Origin: Gammaproteobacteria bacterium
GTDB lineage: Bacteria > Pseudomonadota > Gammaproteobacteria > SZUA-152
DNA length: 64,000 nt
Assembly (NCBI GenBank): GCA_021648485.1
Contig: JAKISS010000004.1
Coordinates: 5,487 to 69,486 of the forward strand
Reading direction: 5' to 3'
Position 1 is the stretch's first letter, and every line of letters begins with the position of its first letter. The notes under the pieces are model-generated. The model worked only from the letters and a program-made list of their open reading frames with translations. It was not told the DNA's origin and made no database searches. Both the position numbers and the translations under genes were made by a program. Positions 53,267-64,000 of this stretch are shown here, piece by piece.

Positions 53267-53330
53267 CAACGCATAACCTCATGCACTAAAAAGTGCTATT
53301 ACACAATTGTCAGATACAGCCTTTTTTCAA

Positions 53331-55958
53331 TCAGGGTTTTACCGCAAATTGATCCTTGAGGATTTTGGGTGTGACGAAGATGAGCAACTCCGACTTCTCA
53401 TTGCGCTCCCGTGTGGTGCGGAACAAGGCTCCAATGAAGGGCAGATCACCCAGGAAGGGAATGCTGTCCCGTTCGTTACGTGTAACTTGCTCGTATACAC
53501 CGCCTAGCACTACTGTTTCGCCATTATTCATCAGCACCTGTGTTTCAATTTCTTTGGTGTCGATGCTGGGTATGCCAGCAAAGAGTACACCGACACTGTC
53601 TTTGTTGACCTTGAGATCGAGGATAATACGATCATCGGGTGTAATCTGCGGTGTAACCTTCAAACTCAAAACAGCCTTCTTAAACGATACAGCAGTGGCA
53701 CCACTGGAAGCTGCCCGCTGGTAGGGTATTTCAGTACCCTGTTCGATGAGCGCCTCTTTCTGATTGGCAGTAATAACACGCGGATTGGAAACCACTTCAC
53801 CCCGGGATTCAAGCTGTAACGCAGAAAGCTCCAAATCAAGCAGGGTATTAGCCCCAAGTATGGAAAGTGCGATGCGCCCGGCATTGCCGCCAACCACGGG
53901 CATATTCACATTCATACGCTGGGGAATGCCACCGGCTCCCATAGGAATTTCAATAGGGTAAGGTGCATTGGGCGTGCCGTTGGCAAGATTCTCCAATGCA
54001 GAACCTGCCATAACATCCGTTGCATCCAGTGAACCTGAACCAAGAAATAAATCGCCATTTCGGTCGTTGACGGATGTTACGCCGAATCGCACACCGAGAT
54101 CTTTAGCAAAGTCATCATCGGCAATCACAATGCGCGCTTCAATCATCACTTGCCGGATCGGGATATCGAGAACGACGATAAGTTCCCGGGCACTGTCCAG
54201 GCGATCAGCAGTATCAGATAACAGCAGTGTATTGGTGCGCTGATCTATCGTGACGCTTCCCCGCTCAGATAACGTACCGCCTTCTGCAGATAAAATGGTG
54301 GCGATATCCCCGGCTTTGGCAAAGTTGATTTGAATAATTTCTGTTTTGATGGGTGCCAGTTCTTCAATCTGTTTGTTGGCCTCCAGTTCCAGCTTCTCCT
54401 GAGCAGCAATTTCCTGTGCGGGTGCAACCATAATGACATTACCCGCTTTACGCATGGCCAGACCTTTGGTTTTCAGAATAAGGTCGAGAGCCTGATCCCA
54501 CGGTACATTTTTCAGGCGCAGCGTAAGATTGCCTTGCACCGAATCACTGGTCACCATATTCAGGTTGGTGAAGTCAGCGATTAATTGCAGCACTGCACGG
54601 ACTTCAATGTCCTGAAAATTCAATGAAAGCCGTTCGCCGGTATAACCAAACTGATCTTTTCTGGTAGTGGCCACCTTTTCTTTGGGGATTTCCTTGACTT
54701 CAATGGTGTAGCTATTACCCGTGTGATAGGCCAGATATTCATAATTTCCAGTGGGCGTAATAGCAAGACGAACGCGGTCTCCTGATTGAGTGGCATCAAT
54801 GTACTGTACGGGAGTGGCGAAATCGATCACGTCGAGACGCTGTTGCAGGTTTTTGGGCAGACCTGTATCACCAAACTCGACAAAAATCTGGTTGCCGGAT
54901 TCACCGGTACTAATGGGGGTATTATTGTCGGAAAGGCCAACGATAATTTTTCCTTCGCCATTCTTGCCACGACGGAAGTCAATATTATTGATGCGGTGCA
55001 GCCCCGATGTTGCTGATAATGCTGCGCTCGTCGCTTTATTGCTGACAGCTGCTGTAGTCTGAGTCTGCGCGGTACGACTGCCCGCCAATGTCACAATGAC
55101 ATTATTGCCGGAAACTTCACTCTCGAAGGGAATAAGCTGCACAAGATTCAAAATAATGCGCGTGCGGTCACCAGCCTCAACGGCGGTAACACTTTTGGCA
55201 AAACCAATGCCGATGTTTTTGTTTTTCCAGCCCAGCTTGCTACCGGTTTTGGGGAAATCCAGAACAATACGTGCAGGATTGTTGATGGTAAAGTTTCCCG
55301 GCGCTTTGGCCAGACCTGAGAAGCTCAAACGAATTTGCACACTGTCGCCCGGCAATGAGGTGAAAGAAATATTTTTCAGGCTGGTGGTGGCACCGTTGCC
55401 AGAAGCCCGCTCAATGGGCGTTGGTTTGCTTACCGGCAGCGGGGCAGGCTCGGGTTCAGGCGTAGTGTCTGTTACAGCAACCTGCTCAGCAGGGACATTT
55501 TCACCCACGGTCAGGAATATATTTTTGCCCTCGGTACGCAATTCGTAAGTGACCAGCTTGTCAACATTGACGACGACGCGAGTCCGCCCTTTTGCCTGTA
55601 CAGCTTTCACATTTTTGGTGACGCCAATGCCAACGGGCAAAGGCAGGCTCCAGGGCAGGTTATTACTGACTCCTGGCAAATCCAGCGAAATTTTCGCAGG
55701 ATTATCAGAAGTGAAATCTGTTGTTTGTGGTGCGTCAGCAGATAAAGCAATGCGAATTTCAACGGCATCATTCGACAATTTTTTGAAGTCGATGAAATCG
55801 AGTGAAACAGTGGGCTCATCGGCAGCAATCGCCATTGCTGTGAACAATGCGAGTATGCCGGAGAGTAAAAATAAACTTAAGCAGCGTGTTGTTTTCATTG
55901 TTTTGTACCCGCTTGCGCGCATAGCGTTTGCCCCAAATAACTGATTAAAAATGCCCAT
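53331..55958 (-). CDS. pilQ: Type IV pilus secretin
   Basis: AMIN-like repeats, LSLNFQDIEVRAVLQ, VPWDQALD and secretin core QVMIEARIV...VLGGVY...ELLIFVTPKI. Confidence 0.96.
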   Translation of the reverse strand: MGIFNQLFGANAMRASGYKTMKTTRCLSLFLLSGILALFTAMAIAADEPTVSLDFIDFKKLSNDAVEIRIALSADAPQTTDFTSDNPAKISLDLPGVSNNLPWSLPLPVGIGVTKNVKAVQAKGRTRVVVNVDKLVTYELRTEGKNIFLTVGENVPAEQVAVTDTTPEPEPAPLPVSKPTPIERASGNGATTSLKNISFTSLPGDSVQIRLSFSGLAKAPGNFTINNPARIVLDFPKTGSKLGWKNKNIGIGFAKSVTAVEAGDRTRIILNLVQLIPFESEVSGNNVIVTLAGSRTAQTQTTAAVSNKATSAALSATSGLHRINNIDFRRGKNGEGKIIVGLSDNNTPISTGESGNQIFVEFGDTGLPKNLQQRLDVIDFATPVQYIDATQSGDRVRLAITPTGNYEYLAYHTGNSYTIEVKEIPKEKVATTRKDQFGYTGERLSLNFQDIEVRAVLQLIADFTNLNMVTSDSVQGNLTLRLKNVPWDQALDLILKTKGLAMRKAGNVIMVAPAQEIAAQEKLELEANKQIEELAPIKTEIIQINFAKAGDIATILSAEGGTLSERGSVTIDQRTNTLLLSDTADRLDSARELIVVLDIPIRQVMIEARIVIADDDFAKDLGVRFGVTSVNDRNGDLFLGSGSLDATDVMAGSALENLANGTPNAPYPIEIPMGAGGIPQRMNVNMPVVGGNAGRIALSILGANTLLDLELSALQLESRGEVVSNPRVITANQKEALIEQGTEIPYQRAASSGATAVSFKKAVLSLKVTPQITPDDRIILDLKVNKDSVGVLFAGIPSIDTKEIETQVLMNNGETVVLGGVYEQVTRNERDSIPFLGDLPFIGALFRTTRERNEKSELLIFVTPKILKDQFAVKP

Positions 55959-55978
55959 GTACTAAATCCTCGTTGGCA

Positions 55979-56515
55979 TCATTCGCCGACGGCCAGGGTA
56001 GTCATGCGTTCTATCCACCCCCCCAGCCCATCCGGAACGATTTCCTTTAATTCAAGTTGACTTTCCGTGATGCTCACGATTTCACCATTATTTTTTCCAA
56101 GATGCCGACCTGTTTTGGTGCGATGCAAAGTGCCATCACTGGCCCGAACCAGTGCCCAGCGACGACCATTTTTTTCCAGAACACCCATCATTCTCAGGCT
56201 GCCAACGGCGTATTGTTCCAGCACATCGCGCTCCCTGTCCATATCAGGTTTCAGCCCATTGTCTGATTCCAGAGCCAAAATTTCGACTGTGGGTACAAAG
56301 GGATCTCGCAAAGCCGCATCATTGTAAGTAAAAATTTCAAAAGTCTGCGGTTTGGGCAGAGGAGGAATGCGGCTTTTTTGTCGGGCCTTGACTTCGCTTA
56401 CGTAGGTTTGTAAATCGACATTTTCTTCACCGCCACAAGCGGTCAGCCCAACCACCAGAAACAAGGCAAACACAGCAACACCAATGCGCGGATATTTATA
56501 CTTGAGCTTATGCAT
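55979..56515 (-). CDS. pilP: Type IV pilus lipoprotein PilP
   Basis: Lipobox LTAC, RDPF, G.HLGKNNG and EIVPDG.GGW.ER; operon position. Confidence 0.93.
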   Translation of the reverse strand: MHKLKYKYPRIGVAVFALFLVVGLTACGGEENVDLQTYVSEVKARQKSRIPPLPKPQTFEIFTYNDAALRDPFVPTVEILALESDNGLKPDMDRERDVLEQYAVGSLRMMGVLEKNGRRWALVRASDGTLHRTKTGRHLGKNNGEIVSITESQLELKEIVPDGLGGWIERMTTLAVGE

Positions 56516-57156
56516 TATTTTTTACCCCGCCGTTTGCGCTTCTTGTTGTTGGCGGTAGTGTCTTTTTCAAGATAACGGTAAGTTTTTGCCGTCGCCTCCA
56601 TAATCATACGATTATCCTCGCCTTTTTTACCCTTCGGGGAGGTGATGGATAAATTATGCAACGTGACAATGCGTGGTAATGCAGCAGTGCCACTGGCAAA
56701 GTTACCAAACTGGTGATAACTGCCTTTAACCCGTATTTTTATGGGCAGTTCAGCATAAAACTCTTTGGGAGTTTCGGCTTCGGGCTTGAAAAGCTCAAAT
56801 TCCAACCCGCTAAGAATACCAACACGGGAGATATCTACTAACAGACCTGCAACCTCGGTTTTGCCGGGCAGCTGTTGTAACAGGGCACCAAAAGAACGCT
56901 GCATTTCTTTCATTTGTTCCTGGTAAGCATTGAGATTGGCGGCTTTGGCCTGCTTTGTTTCAAATTCCTGCTTCAGGCTGGATTCCTTGGCGCGCGCTGT
57001 TTCCAGCTCCAGCAACTGGTCGCTGGTATCGAGATAATAACCGGCAAACAACAAGGCAAGACAGAGCAAAACTATGACAATTACCCTGGCCGCCAACGGC
57101 CAGCTGCCAATATTATTGGGATCAAGGTTGAGGTTGTTCAGGTCAGACAGGTTCAT
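56515..57156 (-). CDS. pilO: Type IV pilus assembly protein PilO
   Basis: GSWP, LPGKTEV..LL.DI, FYAELPI, YHQFG.F...A.LPRIVTL and AKTYRY. Confidence 0.95.
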   Translation of the reverse strand: MNLSDLNNLNLDPNNIGSWPLAARVIVIVLLCLALLFAGYYLDTSDQLLELETARAKESSLKQEFETKQAKAANLNAYQEQMKEMQRSFGALLQQLPGKTEVAGLLVDISRVGILSGLEFELFKPEAETPKEFYAELPIKIRVKGSYHQFGNFASGTAALPRIVTLHNLSITSPKGKKGEDNRMIMEATAKTYRYLEKDTTANNKKRKRRGKK

Positions 57157-57713
57157 TTGTCAGCCTTCTTTGTTCTGTTTTTTTGTGAAACAGTGAGCTG
57201 AAACCAGCTTGCACCTGGATATTCTTTTTTATCCGACTTAATGACAGTCAATCTCGGATTGGTTAACCAGGGGGAGCTATCCAGGTTGCGCATAAACTCG
57301 GAAATGTAGTCATTAGAGTCTGCGACACCGGTAAGGTTGATTTCACGATCCTTACGGGATGTTGCCAGTAAAAAAACATTCTCAGGTATGGTTTTCGCAA
57401 GCTCATCAAAAATATGTACGATTTCCGGTCGGCTGCTTTGCAGTTCCTGGATAACCTTCATGCGTGCCAGCAAAGCGGCTTTTTCTTTTTCAAGCGTTTT
57501 GATTTCTGCAATTTCTTTATCAACCTGGACGATCTGTCCCTGCAAAAACTGGTTGCGGTTATTCTGATCTTCGATGATACCGCTCATACGCAGGTGTACC
57601 AGGACAATAATACCTACCATCAAAATTGCCGCACCTGCTGCAATGTTGATAAATTGCCGCTGTTTCTCGCGTCGCTCTTCTTCACGCCAGGGGAGTAGAT
57701 TAATATGCGGCAT
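57153..57713 (-). CDS. pilN: Type IV pilus assembly protein PilN
   Basis: INLLPWRE N-terminal motif, single TM and coiled coil. Confidence 0.95.
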   Translation of the reverse strand: MPHINLLPWREEERREKQRQFINIAAGAAILMVGIIVLVHLRMSGIIEDQNNRNQFLQGQIVQVDKEIAEIKTLEKEKAALLARMKVIQELQSSRPEIVHIFDELAKTIPENVFLLATSRKDREINLTGVADSNDYISEFMRNLDSSPWLTNPRLTVIKSDKKEYPGASWFQLTVSQKNRTKKADK

Positions 57714-58841
<1,128 letters not shown>

Positions 58842-59086
58842 TTACTACAGATTAAAAATTGCATCAGAAAAATCGTGCCCTTTAAATGTGATAAGTTGAG
58901 GTTCAGTATTTTTGTGGTGTTTTATAGTTAGACACCGTGCTTAAATAATGGCCATAAATGCTGATGAGCCAGCCGAAGCTTAACTTATTACATTAAAAGA
59001 GTACTAGTATTAGGTTGATCTAATTAGAAGTTCTATACTCTGTCTTTGTCAATATCCATGAACACTATCACAAATTGTTTGTTTTG

Positions 59087-61579
59087 ATGCCTTCTTTTAA
59101 ATTCCAAAAACTCAAATTCCAAAAACGCTGGTTATTTTACCTTGGCGGAACTGGTGCTTTTTTAACCATTTTAGTGCTGGCAAGTCTTTACCTGTTCATT
59201 GTACCCGGTTTGCCTTCGACGCAAAGCTTGCAAGATGTGCAGTTTCAAGTGCCTCTGCGGGTTTATTCCCGTGATGGAGGATTGATTGCGGAGTTTGGTG
59301 AAAAAAAACGGGCGCCGCTTAAATACGAAGAAGTACCAAAACTCATGGTGCAGGCGGTACTGGCAGCGGAAGATAACCGCTTCTTTGTCCATCCAGGCGT
59401 GGATTATCAAGGCCTGTTACGGGCAACCTTTCATTTGTTACGCACAGGTGAAAAAGGCCAGGGTGGCAGCACCATCACCATGCAGGTAGCACGTAATTTT
59501 TTCCTTAGCCGGGAAAAAACCTACCTGCGTAAATTCAACGAAATCATGCTAGCACTTAAAATTGAACGCGAGCTAAGCAAAGAGGATATCCTCACGCTTT
59601 ATCTCAACAAAATCTATCTGGGCAATCGTGCCTATGGCGTGGGCGCTGCGGCACAGGTTTATTACGGTGTCTCTGTTGATAAACTGAACGTGGCACAACT
59701 GGCAATGGTTGCCGGTCTGCCCAAAGCCCCATCTCGTTACAACCCTGTTATTAATCCAGCCCGGGCATTGTTGCGCCGCAACTATGTGCTAGGCCGCATG
59801 CACGACCTGGGGTTTATTGATGACGCAACCCACGATGAAGCACGCGCTATGGTGGATGATGCCCGCTTGCATGATCTTTCCAGGGAAATAACCGCTCCCT
59901 ATGTTGCTGAAATGGTGCGTGCCGAAATGGTGCGGCGTTTTGGTGATACGGCTTATTCTGCTGGCTACAAAGTCCGCACCAGCGTTGGCTCCCGTCTACA
60001 AATGGCAGCACACCGTGCCCAACGTGATGCCTTGCTGGCCTATGATCGACGCCACGGGTATCGTGGCCCGCTTGCGCAACATGTACTGGCGGAAGACAGT
60101 GGCGAAGAACAGTGGATGCCATTATTAAAAACACAGCGGGAAATTAACGGCCTGCTACCCGCTCTGGTATTAGCAACGGTTGAACAGTCGGTGGTGGTTT
60201 ACGAACCGCGTCGTGGTGTGATTCGTGTGGATTGGCCAGGATTATCCTGGGCGGCACCTGCGTTAAAAAATGGCGGCAAAGGTGCCGCACCGAAACAAGC
60301 GGCAGATATACTGAGCCGGGGTGATGTTATTTATATCATCGAATTACCCGCCACAAAAGAAACCGATGCTGGTTGGCAGCTGGCACAGATTCCCGAAGTA
60401 GAAGGCGCGTTGGTGTCACTTGACCCTCATGACGGTGCCATTCGAGCCCTGGTGGGTGGATTCAATTTTTCCAGTAGCAAATTCAACCGTGTCACCCAGG
60501 CAAAACGTCAACCAGGTTCCAATTTTAAACCCTTCCTTTATTCTGCCGCATTGGAAAAAGACTTCACGCTCGCCAGCCTTATCAATGATGCTCCCGTGGT
60601 GTTCGAGGATGAAGGATTGGAAGCTACCTGGCGTCCTGAAAATTACAGCGGCAAGGTATTTGGTCCGACCCGTTTGCGTAAAGCACTGGTGAAGTCTCGC
60701 AATCTGGTCTCTATTCGCCTGTTGCGCGCCATTGGTATCGGTTACACCATTAACTATGCTGGTCGTTTTGGTTTTGACAAAAAACGTCTGCCCCGGGATT
60801 TGTCACTGGCTCTGGGCAGTGGTGTGGTAACACCGCTGGAAGTCGTACGTGGCTATGCAGTATTCGCCAATGGTGGATTCCGCACAGTGCCCTATTTTAT
60901 CGACAGCATTGAAGATGCCAAAGGCAAGGTGTTGTATCGCGCTGAACCTTTTATTGCCTGTGATGGCTGCGAAGAACGCCTCAAACGTCAGCAGGAAATC
61001 GATGCCGAACCTTTTATGGGCCCACCTGCGCGAGAGGAGATTCTTCCTGTCAATATTGCCCCCCGGGTACTGACACCACAAAATGCCTACCTGATGCGCT
61101 CAATGATGATGGAGGTGATCCAGCGGGGTACGGGGCAACGGGCAAAAGCATTGGGACGTTCTGATTTAGCCGGTAAAACCGGAACCAGTAATGACCAGCA
61201 GGATGCCTGGTTCTCGGGCTATACTCCGGATCTGGTAGCCACGGCCTGGGTGGGTTTCGACAAACCCAAACCGCTGGGCGCGCGCGAAACGGGGGGGCGT
61301 GCTGCCCTGCCCATGTGGATTGAATTCATGCGCACGGGCCTGCAAGGTTTGCCGGAACGTGCGCTGGAGCAGTCACCGGGCCTGGTAACAGTACGCATTG
61401 ATCCGGAAACAGGCTTGCTAGCCGGGGCCAACAATCCCAAGGGGATTTTTGAAACCTTCCGGTTAGAAAATGTCCCGCAGCGGCGGACAGAGGATTCCCC
61501 GGCAACGATTATTGATGGTGATGAAACAACATCCGTTTCACGGGACAGTGGTGGCGGTGTACCAGAAGAATTATTTTGA
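59087..61579 (+). CDS. mrcA: Penicillin-binding protein 1A
   Basis: Transglycosylase EDNRF..HPGVD and GGSTITMQ; transpeptidase SNFK, SRN and KTG; divergent from pilM. Confidence 0.96.
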   Translation: MPSFKFQKLKFQKRWLFYLGGTGAFLTILVLASLYLFIVPGLPSTQSLQDVQFQVPLRVYSRDGGLIAEFGEKKRAPLKYEEVPKLMVQAVLAAEDNRFFVHPGVDYQGLLRATFHLLRTGEKGQGGSTITMQVARNFFLSREKTYLRKFNEIMLALKIERELSKEDILTLYLNKIYLGNRAYGVGAAAQVYYGVSVDKLNVAQLAMVAGLPKAPSRYNPVINPARALLRRNYVLGRMHDLGFIDDATHDEARAMVDDARLHDLSREITAPYVAEMVRAEMVRRFGDTAYSAGYKVRTSVGSRLQMAAHRAQRDALLAYDRRHGYRGPLAQHVLAEDSGEEQWMPLLKTQREINGLLPALVLATVEQSVVVYEPRRGVIRVDWPGLSWAAPALKNGGKGAAPKQAADILSRGDVIYIIELPATKETDAGWQLAQIPEVEGALVSLDPHDGAIRALVGGFNFSSSKFNRVTQAKRQPGSNFKPFLYSAALEKDFTLASLINDAPVVFEDEGLEATWRPENYSGKVFGPTRLRKALVKSRNLVSIRLLRAIGIGYTINYAGRFGFDKKRLPRDLSLALGSGVVTPLEVVRGYAVFANGGFRTVPYFIDSIEDAKGKVLYRAEPFIACDGCEERLKRQQEIDAEPFMGPPAREEILPVNIAPRVLTPQNAYLMRSMMMEVIQRGTGQRAKALGRSDLAGKTGTSNDQQDAWFSGYTPDLVATAWVGFDKPKPLGARETGGRAALPMWIEFMRTGLQGLPERALEQSPGLVTVRIDPETGLLAGANNPKGIFETFRLENVPQRRTEDSPATIIDGDETTSVSRDSGGGVPEELF

Positions 61580-61831
61580 CTCAGGAGTTAGTCGGGCTTA
61601 GGGGGTGTTAACAATCATTTTGGCAATCCTGTTGTGCCTGAAAAATCGTCAGGCAAGGCGAAAGAAGAGACGTTTGTTCATTCCAAATGAGCGACGAACA
61701 ACTCAACCTGGCGTTTTTTCAGGCACAACCCGAAGGGCCCGTGCCCATTTTTCATCCCTCAGCGTTGTCGGTATGCTTTTGTGCCCGCGCGGACCGGAAA
61801 TCACCGGGTGGACACAAACGACGCATCCACC

Positions 61832-62995
61832 CTACCTGGGTTCTATTGTCAGATTCAAGCCACCTTTACTGCCTGCCACAGCGTTAACATCATCCGGGTC
61901 AACTTCGATTTTCATATTGTCATCCACGGCCACAGAACCTTCCGACAAGCTGATTTTCAAACGTAAATTATTTTGTGAGTCGGCATTACGCAACGCTTCT
62001 TCGATGCTGATCACACCATCTTTGTAAAGTTTGAAGATGGCCTGGTCGAAGGTCTGCATACCCAGGTTGGTGGATTTTTCCATGATGTCACGAATACCGT
62101 GAATGTCGCCTTTGAGGATCAAGTCTTGAATCAACGGCGTACCCAGCATGACTTCCACGGCTACGGCACGCTTGCCGTCTAAGGTGGGAATCAAACGTTG
62201 GGAAATAAATGCTCGCACATTCAGTGACAAATCCATGAGCAGCTGGTTACGTCGATCTTCCGGGAAAAAGTTGATAATGCGATCCAACGCCTGATTGGAA
62301 TTATTGGCATGCAAGGTGGAAATGGCCAGATGCCCGGTTTCAGCAAAGGCAATACAGTGCTCCATGGTTTCGCGGTCGCGTACCTCGCCGATAAGAATCA
62401 CATCCGGTGCCTGACGCAGAGTATTTTTCAGCGCATCTTCATAGCAGTCAGTATCCAGGCCCACTTCACGCTGGTTGACGATGGACTTTTTGTGGTTATG
62501 GATAAATTCGATGGGATCTTCAATAGTGATAATATGCCCGGAAGTATTGGTATTGCGAGCATCAATCAACGCCGCCAGTGAAGTGGATTTTCCCGAGCCG
62601 GTACCACCGATGAACAATACCAATCCACGTTTCTGCATGATGATTTTCTGTAAAATAGGCGGCAGACCCAATTCCTCCGCACTGGGAATCTGGGTCTTGA
62701 TGTGCCGGATTACCATCGCGGCCTGATTACGTTGTTTAAACACATTAACCCGAAAACGACCAATACCGGGGAGCGAATGAGCCAGATTCATTTCCGGTTT
62801 CAATTCAAACTGGGCGATCTGCTCCTCGCTCATCAACTCATAGGCCAGTGCTTTAACGCGGCCAGTGGGCAATGTGGTTTTTTCCAGCGGTTTGAGAATA
62901 CCGTGAATTTTGGCGCTCACTGGCGCACCGACTGTGAAATACAGATCAGAGGCTTCATACTTGACCATGAGTTTGAGGTAATCAGATATTTCCAT
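61832..62995 (-). CDS. pilU: PilT/PilU family type IV pilus retraction ATPase (PilU-like)
   Basis: ASDLY, GGTGSGKSTSLA, TIEDPIEF, QREVG.DT, LRQAPDVILIGE, AETGHL..STLH and GMQTFDQ; start MEISD at 62995. Confidence 0.85.
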   Translation of the reverse strand: MEISDYLKLMVKYEASDLYFTVGAPVSAKIHGILKPLEKTTLPTGRVKALAYELMSEEQIAQFELKPEMNLAHSLPGIGRFRVNVFKQRNQAAMVIRHIKTQIPSAEELGLPPILQKIIMQKRGLVLFIGGTGSGKSTSLAALIDARNTNTSGHIITIEDPIEFIHNHKKSIVNQREVGLDTDCYEDALKNTLRQAPDVILIGEVRDRETMEHCIAFAETGHLAISTLHANNSNQALDRIINFFPEDRRNQLLMDLSLNVRAFISQRLIPTLDGKRAVAVEVMLGTPLIQDLILKGDIHGIRDIMEKSTNLGMQTFDQAIFKLYKDGVISIEEALRNADSQNNLRLKISLSEGSVAVDDNMKIEVDPDDVNAVAGSKGGLNLTIEPR

Positions 62996-63075
62996 TGATG
63001 TCCTGCTCCGAAAGGCGTTGGCTTGACATAAAAAGCATATGGGACTGTCACTTTGGTATCGGTTATCCAAGGTCA

Positions 63076-63266
63076 TTCTTTAACCTAAATTAATCAGTTA
63101 AACCGTAGCGAGAGCGACTAAGGTGCGGAAGATAAAGCGTTTTTCAGGTTATTTTGGACGAAAGCGTATCACCCATACGGTGAGTTCAACATGTTCTGAA
63201 AAACACTTTAGATTCTGTGCATTAGGTGTTCGCAGTAGGTTTAACTGATTAATTTAGGTTTAAGAA
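63076..63266. mobile_element. MITE/ERIC-like ~190-bp hairpin element
   Basis: Near-perfect terminal inverted repeats TTCTTTAACCTAAATTAATCAGTTAAACC / GGTTTAACTGATTAATTTAGGTTTAAGAA plus internal complementary arms; no coding capacity. Confidence 0.8.
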
Positions 63267-63298
63267 AGCTTCCCAACTGTGTGGACGAGAGATTTGCT

Positions 63299-64000
63299 GT
63301 GACAAAAAAGCCCCATAACCTGCCTGATCTTGCTGTTGCTCTGGAACCACTGCCCATGGTTTTACGGAAAACGGTGCAATACCAGTGGGCCGATTTTTTG
63401 ACCGCGATAACGGCAGAAGAGGGAATCGCTTCTCCAGTTTGGAATAACGAACTGCTGAATGAATTGTGCCACGTCTGGGCCTGTAGCGAATTTGTCGCCC
63501 AGCGCTGTGTGCGCCAGCCCTTATTGTTACTGGACTTGCTGAACAGTGGTGACTTACACCGCCGTTATGCAACGGGTGAAATGGCGCAATATGTACAAAC
63601 AGCTTTGCAGGGTGTGACTGATACTGAGTCTCTGGCCCGGCAACTACGCCATGTGCGCCAACGCGAGATGGTGCGCATCGCCTGGCGGGATATTTCCCCT
63701 GGTAATACCCAGGCAGACTTTAATGAAAGCATGGACGATATTTCTGCACTGGCCGATGCCTGCATCCAGGGAGCATTGGCGTGGCTGCAAACTGCGCTGA
63801 TTGCAGAATGGGGTGAGCCGCAAAACCAAAACGGTGAAGTTCAACAGCTGTTGGTATTGGGCATGGGCAAACTGGGGGCGGGTGAGCTGAACTTTTCTTC
63901 TGATGTGGATTTGATTTTTGTTTATCCCGAGGCAGGAAACACAAACGGAGGAGCCTCCCGGAATGTCAGCAACGAGCAATTTTTCACTCGTCTTGGTCAG
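63299..64000 (+). CDS. glnE: Glutamine synthetase adenylyltransferase, 5' part (runs off the window)
   Basis: Open frame from GTG 63299 (or 63281): VWACSEFV, RIAWRD, LGMGKLGAGELNFSSDVDLIF and NEQFFTRLGQ; missing from the ORF track because there is no stop in the window. Confidence 0.92.
   Translation, partial: MTKKPHNLPDLAVALEPLPMVLRKTVQYQWADFLTAITAEEGIASPVWNNELLNELCHVWACSEFVAQRCVRQPLLLLDLLNSGDLHRRYATGEMAQYVQTALQGVTDTESLARQLRHVRQREMVRIAWRDISPGNTQADFNESMDDISALADACIQGALAWLQTALIAEWGEPQNQNGEVQQLLVLGMGKLGAGELNFSSDVDLIFVYPEAGNTNGGASRNVSNEQFFTRLGQ

Noticed and set aside
52152-53330. Integron cassette origin for the two-gene module
   Set aside because: No convincing attC (RYYYAAC...GTTRRRY with internal palindrome) and no intI
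63194-63212. Similarity of the MITE arm (ctgaaaaacactttaga) to the 20-bp repeats at 16141-16162
   Set aside because: A short AT-rich match that is probably coincidental

Overview
A mostly core-genome stretch of a gammaproteobacterial chromosome; the gene set (rpsU-yqeY-dnaG-rpoD-tRNA-Ile2, yicC-gmk-rpoZ-spoT-ridA, pilMNOPQ/mrcA, hldE, nudE-cysQ) supports that class but not a genus. In order, it holds: the end of an LPS/surface-glycan locus (GT9 fragment, hldE, three TagF-like GT-B transferases, an inserted AsnB amidotransferase); xth, a Kef-type antiporter, ubiD and an orphan parA; an AT-rich Fic islet beside tRNA-Ile(CAU) with a tRNA-Phe-like att remnant, two IHF consensus sites and four 20-bp repeats; the macromolecular-synthesis operon, tsaD, an HU-like protein, nudE, cysQ, an FKBP and a J-domain protein; an orphan ThDP enzyme divergent from a FIST protein; an H1-like basic protein, recG and a three-gene c-type haem cluster; spoT/rpoZ/gmk/yicC, a Ser/Thr kinase-PP2C pair, radC, coaBC, a RES-Xre toxin-antitoxin pair and comM; a lipoprotein-MFP-RND operon; an unknown two-gene lipoprotein module; pilQPONM, mrcA, a PilU-like ATPase, a ~190-bp hairpin MITE and the 5' part of glnE. 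I found no CRISPR array, rRNA, integrase or transposase. The best candidates for undescribed systems are the ThDP/FIST pair, the membrane haem cluster, the two-gene lipoprotein module and the Fic islet. All calls come from reading motifs by eye; no searches were run.
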